The position numbers and the translations under genes were made by a program. The notes beneath the pieces were generated by a model. It made no database searches. It was not told the origin of the DNA and was given only the letters and a program-made list of their open reading frames with translations. DNA of 64,000 nt from the human T2T-CHM13v2.0 reference genome, Homo sapiens. The stretch lies in the NCBI RefSeq assembly GCF_009914755.1, contig NC_060937.1. One strand, 5' to 3'. Positions within the stretch are counted from its first letter, which is position 1. Every line of letters starts with the position of its first letter. Shown one piece after another: positions 1 to 11,320 of the stretch.

Positions 1-1144
1 GACATCTGAAATCACCCTGAGAGATTTCAGAAACTTTCCTGCTGAGACCAGAGCATATGTCATGAATTTGCTCTGGCTTTAGTATCCTTCATTTCCTAAT
101 CTCCTTGGAGCACCAGCAAATGAGACTTAAATTTAAATCTAATAAGCTAAACAGGTATTTCCATCTTAAATTCCTAGGGCCAGCTTCACGAAATTGTAGA
201 GGAGAGGTTCCTTGCATATCATTTGATCTTCTCTCAGCAGAGTTGGCCGGTCATGCCATCCTGAGTTTCAGGAAAGAACCACGTGAAGAAGAAGGTGATT
301 TGGCTAAGTCTTTGCATCCTCATTTCGGCACCAGATGCTGCTTGTATGTTCACACTGTGTAAATGTCTGTACCCCTGTCTTCAGTACTCTCTCGTGGTCT
401 GTTGGAGGCACCTGTTCGAAGGTCATTACTGAAGCCTGTATAGAGAGGGCAGTGCTCCGTCACATGGAAATGTCCTTCAGGTTCTCTGAGGCTGGCAGAA
501 AGCTCATGGAATGCTAAAAATATATATTAATAAAGAACTTTCCTTCCTTCCTGGGAAGATATCATTTTGCAAATGAAATTACACAAAGACTACTGATGGA
601 GTGAATTTCTAATATCAGCCTGACTCCGTCTTGTAACCACCCTACCCAGGGCTGCCCCATCTTCTAAAATCAGTCATTCTGTTGTTCAGGAAATGTAAAC
701 CAATTTAAATTAGGCACAAACTAAACAATTGCTAAGGTACATCTGCTGTCAAAATTATTCTGAAGGTAAATAGTGCCCAACACAATGCGTTGCCTGGAAG
801 ACTTTTGATAAACATGATTGAATCAGCAAATATTTTTAAATAAATGAATATGAATGGTTTTTGCACCCATCCATGGTTTGGGTTATCTGTCACATTTGAT
901 TATTCTCACCATTTCTCCCTTCCATTGGTTAGGTCATTGGAAAGGTAGAGTAATCTGAATTTCCCTAAGAGCACGCAAAACGAGAATGAGAATGTCAGAA
1001 AGGAAAATGCATTCTCCACTTCACAAAATCTGTGCATCTTGTAGGGGCTTGTTCACATGCAAGGATAGATAACCCTGCAGGACAATCAACCTTAATATTC
1101 AGGAGGATCCGTACTTCTTAGTGGAAAGGGTGGAAAGGAATAAC

Positions 1145-1283
1145 TTTTATTAAATGCCTCTAATGTGTCTTTGCTTTCACATACATGATCTTACTTGTAT
1201 GCAATCCAATCTTGGGAAGCATATAATATTTCCATTTTAAACATTAAAAAAGAACAACCTGAGACTCAGAAAAGTTAAGTAAG
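1145..1283 (-). mobile_element. MIR SINE fragment
   Basis: Degenerate antisense MIR core 'ccattttaaa...ctgagactcagaaaagttaagtaa'. Confidence 0.55.
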
Positions 1284-1397
1284 TGGAGGAACCATTCTAT
1301 AAATAGCCCAGGAAAGAGCAAAGCTGGCAATATTCAGTGTTTGTGAAAAATGTTTGCAAACGGGCCACAGGTGCTTGCCTGAGTTCCTCATAATATT

Positions 1398-1546
1398 GCT
1401 TTATTGAGAGTTTCATAAATCTGGGCACTGTTCTCAGTGCTTTACCTGAATTTGTTAATGGGGTATGTACTATATTGTTCCCATTTTATATGGGAGGAAA
1501 TAGAGGGACAGAGAGATTCAGAAACTTGTCCCCAATCACATAAGCT
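1398..1546 (-). mobile_element. MIR SINE fragment
   Basis: 'ttattgagag...gggcactgttctcagtgcttta...cccattttatatgggaggaaatagagggacagagagattcagaaacttgtccccaatcaca' matches antisense MIR. Confidence 0.65.
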
Positions 1547-1630
1547 TGGCCCCAGTGCACCAATCAATATTTAGGGGATCTGTGTCCTTTTCATCTCTCT
1601 CTCTCTCTCTGTCTCTCTCTTTCAAGGTCT

Positions 1631-1856
1631 CTAGGGACAAGTGCTATTCCACAAAACTTTCTGCAAAGATAGATATGTTCTGTATCTGCTGCACTGCTCA
1701 ATATGGTGACCCCAGCCACGTGTGCCTATTGAGCACTTGAAATATGGTTTGTGCAACTGAGTAGCTGAATTTTTAACTTCACTTAATTTAAATTAATTTA
1801 AATTTAAATAGTCACATGTGGCTAGCAGCCATATTGATCAAAGATAGCAGCTGCAG
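1631..1856 (+). mobile_element. MER3 (hAT-Charlie) DNA transposon
   Basis: 'agccacgtgtgcctattgagcacttgaaatatgg...aatttaaatttaaatagtcacatgtggctag' is characteristic of MER3. Confidence 0.8.
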
Positions 1857-1987
1857 AGACGCTGAAATAATAATCGCTAATATAAGAGCTAACATTTGTG
1901 GAGTTCATTCAAACTTCAGAACAACTCCATGTAGTAAGTACTATAATTATCCTTATGTTACAAATTCAGAAAATTTATTTTACAGAG

Positions 1988-2238
1988 TGCTATACTTTGG
2001 ATATTTAACCCCTTCAAATCTCATGTTAAAATTTGATCTCCGATGTTGGAGGTGAGGCCTTATGGGAGATGTTCAGGTCATGGGGGTGGATCTTTCATGA
2101 ATAGATTAATGCCCTTCCAAGTCCAGGAGGGAGGGAAGGAGGGAGTTCTTGCTCTCTTAGTTCCCAAGAGAGCATCTGGTTGTTAAGAAAAAGCCTGGTA
2201 TCTCCCCCGATCCTTGCTTGCTCTGCATGCACCATGCA
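1988..2238 (+). mobile_element. MST-type MaLR LTR (MSTC-like), 5' part, split by the GAMT retrocopy
   Basis: Starts 'tgctatactttggatattt...ctcatgttaaaatttgatctccgatgttggaggtgaggcc'; LTR similarity stops near 2235. Confidence 0.8.
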
Positions 2239-3085
2239 TTTGTTGTTGCTGTCATTGTTGAGGAGGCATATGGCCCAGTGTTAGCATTTATTTCACCCTC
2301 ATGAACCTGGGAGGGAGGTAGCAGTGTTCCCCTTACAGAGAGGGTTAAGAAAGCTGCCTGATGGTATGAAGCCAGGATCAACCCAGGGCGGTGACAGGCC
2401 AGAGCCTGGGCTCCCAGTCATGAAGACCTTGAGTAAGGGGTGTATGGGGCTTGTCCAGAAGCCCAGAGACCCTAGAGTAGGCAGACACCTGGAGCACCAG
2501 GTCCAGGCTGGCTCAGTGCTTGATGACCAGGGGCTTGATCATCCATGGGAAGACCAGTAGCTGCAGTCAGCTGGTGGGACCAGCATCATCGCCTCCCTGC
2601 CAATGTTCTCCTTCCACCAGCATAGGAATCTGTGTCTCTCAAACACGGTGGTGATGTCCAAGATGCTTGGACTTCATCAGTTCCCCCAGGAAGTGAGATT
2701 GCAGTAGGTGAAGAGACATCACCCAGCTTCAGCAGGTGAAAGGTGTGGTTCTTAGTGAAGTTGAACGGGCGTATGTGCCAGGTCTCTTCCAAAAGTGGGC
2801 ATGTGTACTACGGGATCCCATCAAAGTGAACATCCAGCAAGGGGGCACCACTCTCTCCCACAGGCCTTTCAAGGGGACAACCTTGCATGGCTGCTGCTTG
2901 GCTGAGCCCTGGAGTTGCTGGAAGTCACCATCACTACACTTGATGATCCAGTGTTCATTGATGGAGGCCTCCCACACCATAAGGCTGCAATGGCCACACT
3001 CAAGCCCACCTCCAGGACCCAGCCCCCTTTAAAGGTGGTGGCAGCCACCAGCGTATGCATGTAATGTGCCCCCCAGGCTCCATCA
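2239..3085 (-). pseudogene. GAMTP2: GAMT (guanidinoacetate N-methyltransferase) processed pseudogene, 5'-truncated; probably GAMTP2
   Basis: Minus-strand frames give [26 protein letters not shown] / [34 protein letters not shown] / DVHFDGI / [21 protein letters not shown] / TYCNLTSWG / LVPPADC / PLVIKH-stop, collinear with GAMT from about Met42 to the C-terminus. No introns, several frameshifts, in-frame TAG at 2808-2810, terminal TGA at 2513-2515, AATAAA at 2287-2292, decayed A-tail 2239-2260. GAMT identity is secure; the P2 versus P1 label is from memory and less certain. Confidence 0.92.
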
Positions 3086-3260
3086 GCAGCTCCCCTTCAC
3101 TTTCTCCCAGGAGTGGAAGAAGCCAGAGCCCATACCAGAAGCAGATACTGGTGCCATGTTTCTTATACAGCCTACAGACTCATGAGCCAAATACACCTCT
3201 TTTCTTTATATATTACCCAGCCTCAGATATCCCTTGGTAGCAATGCAATGGACTAAGAGA
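3086..3260 (+). mobile_element. MST-type MaLR LTR, 3' part
   Basis: 'gctccccttcactttc...gaagcagatactggtgccatgtttcttatacagcct...tgagccaaatacacctcttttctttatatattacccagcctcag...atggactaaga' resumes the LTR begun at 1988. Confidence 0.8.
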
Positions 3261-3404
3261 CGAAATATGATTGAACTGCCTAATACCACACAGTAAAGGA
3301 AGTGGAATGCATAGACATAGAAATTAAGGTCTGGAAATTTTGATCTAAGGGGAAAAAAAAGACACAGCAAAGATTCTTTGGCTGTGAAAGTAATTTTAAA
3401 GTGC

Positions 3405-3504
3405 TGGGACTTTGTCTGGTTTTGCCCACTATTTTATCCTCAGGGCTTGGCTCTTAGTAGTAGATGCTCAATAAAACCTTTTTAAATAAAAGAGTGAATA
3501 AATG
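3405..3504 (+). mobile_element. L2 LINE 3' end fragment
   Basis: 'tagtagatgctcaataaa...gagtgaataaatg' L2 terminal motif. Confidence 0.5.
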
Positions 3505-4567
3505 CATAGTTACAGTCTTGTTCTATTATACAGAGAACTGTAGCCAATTGTCCTTCATCTTTGCTAAGAACAGCCTGGAAGATTTAGATTAGATGAAAAA
3601 ACTTCCTGACACTGAAATGTGTTTCTGGAGGATATTAAAATCTATATTCTCAAAGTATGTAAAATAAGATTCCTCCTGATCAAAATGCAATGCATTTGAT
3701 ATGCTCCCACCTACAGATTAAGGGATTGATTAAGTTCATCCTTCATCCCTTTGAGATAATCATTCACTTTTAAATGTAAAAGACCCTCTCCTAGCGCATA
3801 AAGAAATCGCAAGCATTTCCTGCACAAAAGCAATTTCTAAAAAGAAATTTTGCCAAACATGTTTCAATCAGAGAGTGAGTCACAAAGAGGGCACATTTGT
3901 TCCCTAATTCGAGGTCTGTCGGTTATGAAGGTTGTAGCACATCAGTTTGGGGTTATTCAAAACTGTAAATTTTACAATTCTTTTCATTTATAAAGCTGTT
4001 TAAAAACATCAGTGGTTTCCATCTAGTTTTAATGACAGCTTTCCACATCCTTTGTGATCCTCAAAAACAATTACATGGTAATTTACTAATACTGACCTAC
4101 AAAATTTAATAGACATTTTTAAGGAAATGGGGGCACTGCTATCAAAGCTGGCATCTCCTTAGTGAATGTGTTGCTGGCATCTTTCATCTCCCTGGTCTAT
4201 GTTGTTTTTGGAACAAGGAGCACATCTGACCTGATCATGGTTATGCCCTCAGAGCTGGCATGTCATCTCCAGGGAACAGGGCTTCGATAAAACTTGTTGG
4301 ATGAATCAATGAATGAATTATAAGGTGGCCAAATACATTACATTTTTCTCATTATTTTAAGGTAAAAAATCTGAGTTCAGGGTAAATTAAAATTTTGTCC
4401 ACAGCCCCCAAATAAGACAAAAACAGAAGACTATATATAAAAAAGGATGAAATCTTCAGAAACAGCCTTATTACAATAGCTTTTCAATGTGACCCTCTTT
4501 GGGAAGCTTCTGAATCAGACAATGTCTGTCAGGAAACAAAGCACTTTCGGTGTTTCCGTGAATTTAC

Positions 4568-4952
4568 CATTGGGTATTGATATCATAGATGATGAAGAGC
4601 CAAGGAGCCTATCAGGAAGGCAATGAAGAGACTGGCAAAGGCAAGAAGGTACTATCACTGCTAGAGAGATCCAGGGGGAAGGCTGTGTGACCAGAGTCAA
4701 GGAACAGGAACATCTGGAGAAAGCCTGCCCAAACAAGAGCTGAAGCCGTGTGGAGGAGACGCAGCAGCTACCACTGCAAATGCTACTCGAGGCAGAGAGA
4801 CGGAGGAGGTGGAATGTGGCCTGTTTCCTCATTGGGCCCTTCGGTTTTCCACAGTGTCTTTCACTGGCCTTCTTGAAATCCAGGAAACAAGAGAGCTGGA
4901 AAATATTGGTCTCTGAGTTATAGCACAGGGCAGAGAAGGGCAGAAAATGCAC
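4568..4952 (-). ncRNA. Candidate spliced lncRNA exon (possibly LINC00457)
   Basis: Strong minus-strand acceptor 'gcctgttttctttcag|G' (AG at 4954-4953); plausible donor ATG|gtaaat at 4568/4567. Motif-based only. Confidence 0.3.
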
Positions 4953-5357
4953 CTGAAAGAAAACAGGCAAGTGACCTATATACCTTCTTTTAGGCCTTCT
5001 CCCTCTTGTGTACCGCATAGCATATTAAGTGTAAAATTATTATAACACTCATTGTATCACGTGGCTGTGTTTTGCTTACATATCCATCTCAACTTTTATC
5101 TCTTGCTTTCCCCAGCACCAGCACTGGCACATTGCAATTTTTGAACAAAAGATTTTTGAACTAATGAATAAATAGGTGATTAGATTTAATTCAATTTCAA
5201 TGAATGTTTATTAGGTCATTATTAGGATATTGGGTCAGAATGTTCTAGTTGATTCTACATACATCACCTCCTTCATAGAGTATCCTGAAAGGCCCACAAT
5301 TCACTCGCACATTCTTTCTCCTAACTGTCAAATTTTACCAATTAAAAAGTATTATCA

Positions 5358-5681
<324 letters not shown>

Positions 5682-6019
5682 TCACTATTTAGTGATGTGT
5701 GTGATGGCTCCCTTGACACAGATAGTTCATTTCCCATAGTGATAAATATTAAAATCCAGCATATATTAAACCTGCCATGTTACAGGTCAGGTTCTGCCCT
5801 CCATGCTGTGTGGTCACCTGGGTGAAAACCATGTACCTGTCCTCAGGAGCTTATACTCTGCTGGGAGTGAGCAGCTAGGGATCGTTTTGATGTCTCTGCT
5901 GATTTAGGGGTACGCACAGGATGCTGTGGAGTCAAACTAGGGCACTTCACATAGGCTGGGAATTCAGGAAGCTTTCTGGAATTCCAGAAAAAAAGACTGA
6001 GTCAGGTAAAGAAAGATGG

Positions 6020-6345
6020 GGCCTGGCAGGGTGGCTCACGCCTATAATCCCAACACTTTGGGAGGCTGAGGCGGGCAGATCACCTGAGGTCAGGAGTTCA
6101 AGATCAGCCTGGCCAACATAGTGTGAAACCCCGTCTCTACTAAAAATACAAAAAAAATTAGCCGGGTATGGTGGCGCGTGCCTGTAATCCCAGCTACTTT
6201 GGAGGCTGAGGCAGGAGAATCGCTTGAACCCAGGGGATGGAGGTTGCAGTGAGCCAAGATCATGCCACTTCACTCTAGCCTGGGCAAAAGAGCAAAACTC
6301 CATCAAAAAAAGAAAGAAAGAAAGAGAGAGAGAAAAAAAAAGAAA
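6020..6345 (+). mobile_element. AluS SINE (Sq-like)
   Basis: Full dimer, 'gatcacctgaggtcaggagttc', 3' 'gggcaaaagagcaaaactccatc', A/GA-rich tail. Confidence 0.93.
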
Positions 6346-7674
6346 AGGGAAGAACATGCACACAGACAGAGTTGCGATAGAAGTTTCTGTCCATTATTGA
6401 GTTTGACCAGAGATGAAATGTAGACCCTGAGGCTGAGCCTTATCACAAAAAGTCATGAAAAGTCAACCTTTACTCTGAAGGCAATGGTGAGGCACTGATG
6501 AGCAGTAAGGAGAGACTCATAGATGAGATGTGCATGGCAGGTGGCTCACTCAGTCTGCAGCATGGAAGAGAGAGATTTAAAGTAAAACTGAGATAGTCTA
6601 AGGTTATTGCAGATCCTACAGAAATGGGCAGACCAATACCCAAAACCCATGTCTACAAACATGTTCACTTCAGCATTGTTTCCAATAACACAAACCAGAA
6701 AACTAACTAAATGTTCATCTTTTAACATTTTTATTTTCTTTTCTCTATTTTTACAAGCCCACAAGTAACATCATGTATGTTTCTAAAATTTTTATGTCAA
6801 AAACTCACTTTCAAATTCTTATGACAAAATGTGATTTTATATTCTCAATATCTGATTTAAACAGAGAGCTCTATGTGCAACCACTTTTTTTTTTTTTTTG
6901 CATTTCCTACTCTTCTTTTGTAACAGATGATTCACAATTATAATTGCTCAACAAGGATTCAAGTTCTACAATGCCCTAAATGCTGGATATGAAAGGCAAT
7001 ATCCAAGGGTTGTGAAAGAGACAGGTAATCTGGCAGGCATCTCACCAGGCCCGGGGCTGCTTGTGGGATGAGGTTTTGGTGCAGAGACCCCAGCATCCTA
7101 TGGTGCTCCTTGATCATAGAACTATAACTATTATTTCCCTGAGCTTTAAAAGAATCTGTTTTCTCAAAGTCTGGGGATATGGCTGATTAGACCTCACATT
7201 CCTTCCCTTGCAGTAATGATCTCTCAATGATGTGGCCACTTTCTCCTAAATTTTCATTAATTTCCTATATGATCAGAAGTAAGTTCTGTCTAGGTGACTG
7301 GAATTCATTCCCAACTCAAAACTGAACTTGCTCTACATACTGAGAGAAATTTGTCAGCCAAAAAGTTAAACATTTATTAGGCATTCTGAAGATTGTGACT
7401 GTCTTATCAATTTTGCATCTCTGGCATCTTACATGGCATTTGGCCCACAGTAGATGGTCAGTGAGTGGTTAGTGAATTCAATAAATCAAGTGATATTTTC
7501 AAAAACACAATTTCTTCCCTGAATAGACAGACCTCCTTCCCCAAGCATTTTATTCCTCACCTTGAATCAATTTTGCATTTAAAAGCAATTTTCAAAATCT
7601 CTTGTTGCTGTCATCTGACAGGCAGGCTGGACATGTTGTGCTATATGCCACAATGATTCCAATGTTCTTAAGCC

Positions 7675-8137
7675 TGATATGGGTGGGACTGTGACCCAAA
7701 ACATGCTCAAGTCATAATCCCCAGTACCTGTGAATTTGACCTTATTTGAAACTAGGTCTTTGCAGATGATCAATTTAAGATGAGGTAATTGATCTTAGAG
7801 AGTGGGCCCTAATCTAGTACAACTGTGCTCTTATTAAGAGGGGAAATTTGGACACAAACATGCACAGCCAGGAGAACAGTGTGTTAAGATGAAGGCAGAG
7901 ATTAGCATGATCCATCCACAAGCCAAGGAATGCCAAAGATTGCCAGCAAACCACCAGAAGCTAAAAGCTGGGAAAAGAGGCATGGGTCAAACTCTCCCTC
8001 ACAGTCTCAGAAGTAACCAACCTACCAATGTCTTGTTTTCAGATTTCCAGCCTCCAGAGTGGTGAGACAAGAAACTTCTATTGTTTAAGCCACTTGGTCC
8101 ATAATACTTAGTTACAGCAGCCCAGGAAACTAATGTG
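7675..8137 (+). mobile_element. MLT1C-like MaLR solo LTR
   Basis: 'cccagtacctgtgaatttgaccttatttgaaactaggtctttgcagatg...caagccaaggaatgccaaagattgccagcaaaccaccagaagcta...gcagcccaggaaactaat'. Confidence 0.85.
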
Positions 8138-11100
8138 TGGTACTTCAGACATACTGGTTATAGTTTGTGTCACTTTTTACTTTAGTTAAATGTTTATGTA
8201 TCCATCTCCACTTGTGATTGTGAGGCCTTTGAAATCATATATGATGTCTTAGTCATCTTCATATCCCCCTGCACAAGCACACTATTGATTTGAATTAATT
8301 ACATCCTCGATACCCCTTGCTATCCCGCAAGCCCACATCAAGTCTATTTCCCTGGAACAGGGTGTATGTACTCCTCTATTATTTTGGTTCACTGAAACTT
8401 AGTGAGAGTTGTATCATTTCTGCTTCCTTGTATTAACATTTCAAGCACCTTTTGCTTTTTCTCTCTTTTGCACTTAAATGTTTACAAGTTCAGCCATAAG
8501 TTACTGTTTTTGACCAGTGTTCCTGTTGTTTTCTTATGAGAATGATTAAGCTCTTTTTGTACTTCTGCTTGTAATTGTTGATGTTTGGTGGCGGGGGCGG
8601 GGGGGCTTGGTCATATATATAATTCCTTATATAATTGTGATTTACGGCTTATTTTGCTTAATATTTTCTTCTCCCTCTTCTTAAAGTCTTGGAATTTTAA
8701 ACTCCTGCTACACGTAAATCACTGTACTAGAAGCTGAAGATGCATATTATGAATAACATATGGTCCTTGTTCTCAAGAGATCAAGTCAGCTACTTTCCTG
8801 AACTTTTTCTTCCTAATCTTCATAGGATACTATCTGCCTCTTATCATTTTGTTACCATAAACCACATGCCCAAGGACCAAATTCTTTTATTTTCCCACAT
8901 ACTTCCTGTTACTTCCCATATCCTTCCACCTACCTTTCAAAGTCATGAGTTCAGAAGAAGATATTGCATATCCTAGCCTCTAAGTCCATCTGTTTCCCAC
9001 TCAGATCTTCCAGATCACTAGACATATGTACCAAGTTCCCTTTTCCAGCAACATGTATCCCCAAGTGGGTACGCAGGAAACAAATACACTGGGTGGTTAA
9101 AAATGGAAGGGACATTGGATTTTGTCAGGCTTCCTTCCATTTTCATATTATAATCCACACAGGTTCTTGGTGTGCAGTCATCCACCACCATCCATCACTG
9201 TGTAGAATGGTAGGGATCAGAGGGAGTCACTTCTCCTGGGGTTATAACAGGATTCTGCTTACTCATGAATGCTTGGAAATGATTCTTCCTTCATGTTTCT
9301 AGAAAAATAGCACACTGTTTTCTCTTCAAGCAAAGTTTTATGTTGTGCCACACTAGTGATAATCTTTTTCCTCATCTCTTTTCTCAATGTCACATTCATT
9401 CACTCCTATACTTCTTAACACTGGTACTGATTTTCCCAGTAAGTAGTTCCTCTTGCTTTTTCAGAGTGTATTTTTATTTTTAGCATGCTCCTTGAATTAT
9501 TTTCTTTACTCATCTTCTCCAGGGATTTTTCATTCTCCTTAGCAAGCTGGAGTGCAGAGGTACATTCTTGACATCCTTTAACCTTCTTCTAAAGGAAAGA
9601 TTAGTATGCATTTAGAGCACATATAATTGATGACTATCGCAGCAGAGAAGACAACTGTAGCCCATACTCTACAAGTCATTGCAACAGGACTCTTAGTTCT
9701 TATACTTCCTGGATCTACTGGTGAAAGTATAATCAGAAGAGGCTGACTTTTGAGGCTTGCACATAACAGATCTCAGAATTCCCATGTCAAGACATGAATT
9801 TATCTTGTCAGCACAATATGCACGAAGGGGAATTTTCAAGTAGACAATGTCATGCTCGATCATACAGAATGACTCTATTTTAGAAACATATTTTAAAATA
9901 ACGCAGGACTCGATTCAATAGATGAATTTTTAACCCCAAAAGTTGATCGTATAATATGACACTTTTATCATTACATCCTTTTCTTAGCAAAAAGGAATAT
10001 TTATTCAATATTTATAGTTCCCTTTGCACTAAAGATAACATCCAGATTCTTTTCCTTGTGCTTTAAAAACTCCTCCTTCAGGGTCCTAGATTACTTAACT
10101 TCTTTTGGCCACAAGTACATCATCACCCTCCTTCAACACTAAGCTAGCCCCTCGGTTCTCAGCTCCTCAGTTTTCCAAACTCAGCTATGGCACCCAAACC
10201 ACCTTCCTGGCAAACAGGCTGCTGAGGCTCTGCGAGTCCATGCTGCTTTTGTGCACTGGGCAGCACATACAGAGCAACTGTACATGTGGTCAACAGTCAG
10301 GGCTGGACTCAAAGTATCTGAGCTTCCTCCACTCTTCACTCTTGGTCGTCCTTCGCATCGTGAAGCTCACTAGGTGAACCTTCTTCCAATGCTTTTTTTT
10401 GCTTATCTTGTCTTCTTTTATGTTGAATATTGGAAAGGTACACATTATATTGCAAGTTCTTAGACAAGAGGAATACTAACACCCCCAAATCCTCTCCACT
10501 AATATCTGACATGACAGAATAAACTGTTGGCAGTAATGGCACCTCCTGTGTGTAAAAGGAGTTAGATGACTGATGCATGACCACAGGACTACAGCCCTTT
10601 CTAAATGGGCAGCTATCTTTTGGGTTGAGATTGTAACCACTATTTGAAAACTGCATTTTTACAAATTGCATTGCACTCTCTTAACAGTACAGTTTTAAGT
10701 CATTCTACACAATTGCACATAGATATTCTTAAACTAAATCTAATCAGCCTACAAATTGTCTATTATTTACTATTCACAGTGTCCCCACCACTATATTAGG
10801 ATAATTATTATATACATATATAATATTTTCATATTACAGTTTTAATATTTTCATATATAATAATCACATACATTTGATTAAGTAAGGAGCTTACATTAGA
10901 AGACTTTATCTTGAGCTCCAAACCCACTGGGAATCTCTTTCTCATGTCTTATGAATGCCTCAAATTGAGCAGGCCATGAAGTGTGTGATTTCCTTTGGGC
11001 ATATATTTCCCTCTCCTTTCTCCCAGGCCTTCTAGGGAGCTCTTACTTCTTCCTCAAAGTACTGTTCAGGCATGCATTTTTCTGTTAGTTCTTAGATCAA

Positions 11101-11160
11101 TGGATTATAACTTTACATACAGCAGTGTTGTTTAGAATGCAGAAACTATTCTTATTCAGC

Positions 11161-11320
11161 TCATTCATTCATTCATTCATTCAGATAGCATTTATTTAGT
11201 GCTCAACCATGAATCAGACACCAGGCCCTACTGGAGTGACTCAACAGGGAGCAAGAAAGTCATAGGCCCTCTATAAAGGAGGTTACAGTGTCCTGGGGAG
11301 AACAAATCATAAACAAAAAA
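11161..11320 (-). mobile_element. L2 LINE 3' end with (TCAT)n tail
   Basis: (TCAT)5 then 'catttatttagtgctcaaccatgaatcagacacc'. Confidence 0.6.

Noticed and set aside
2324-3060. Overlapping ORFs as a functional GAMT-like gene
   Set aside because: Homology is scattered over several frames, with an internal stop and no N-terminus; the plus-strand ORFs are antisense shadows.
4515-5018. 167-aa minus-strand ORF as a protein-coding gene
   Set aside because: No recognisable domain; Ser/Leu/Cys-rich composition typical of non-coding frames.
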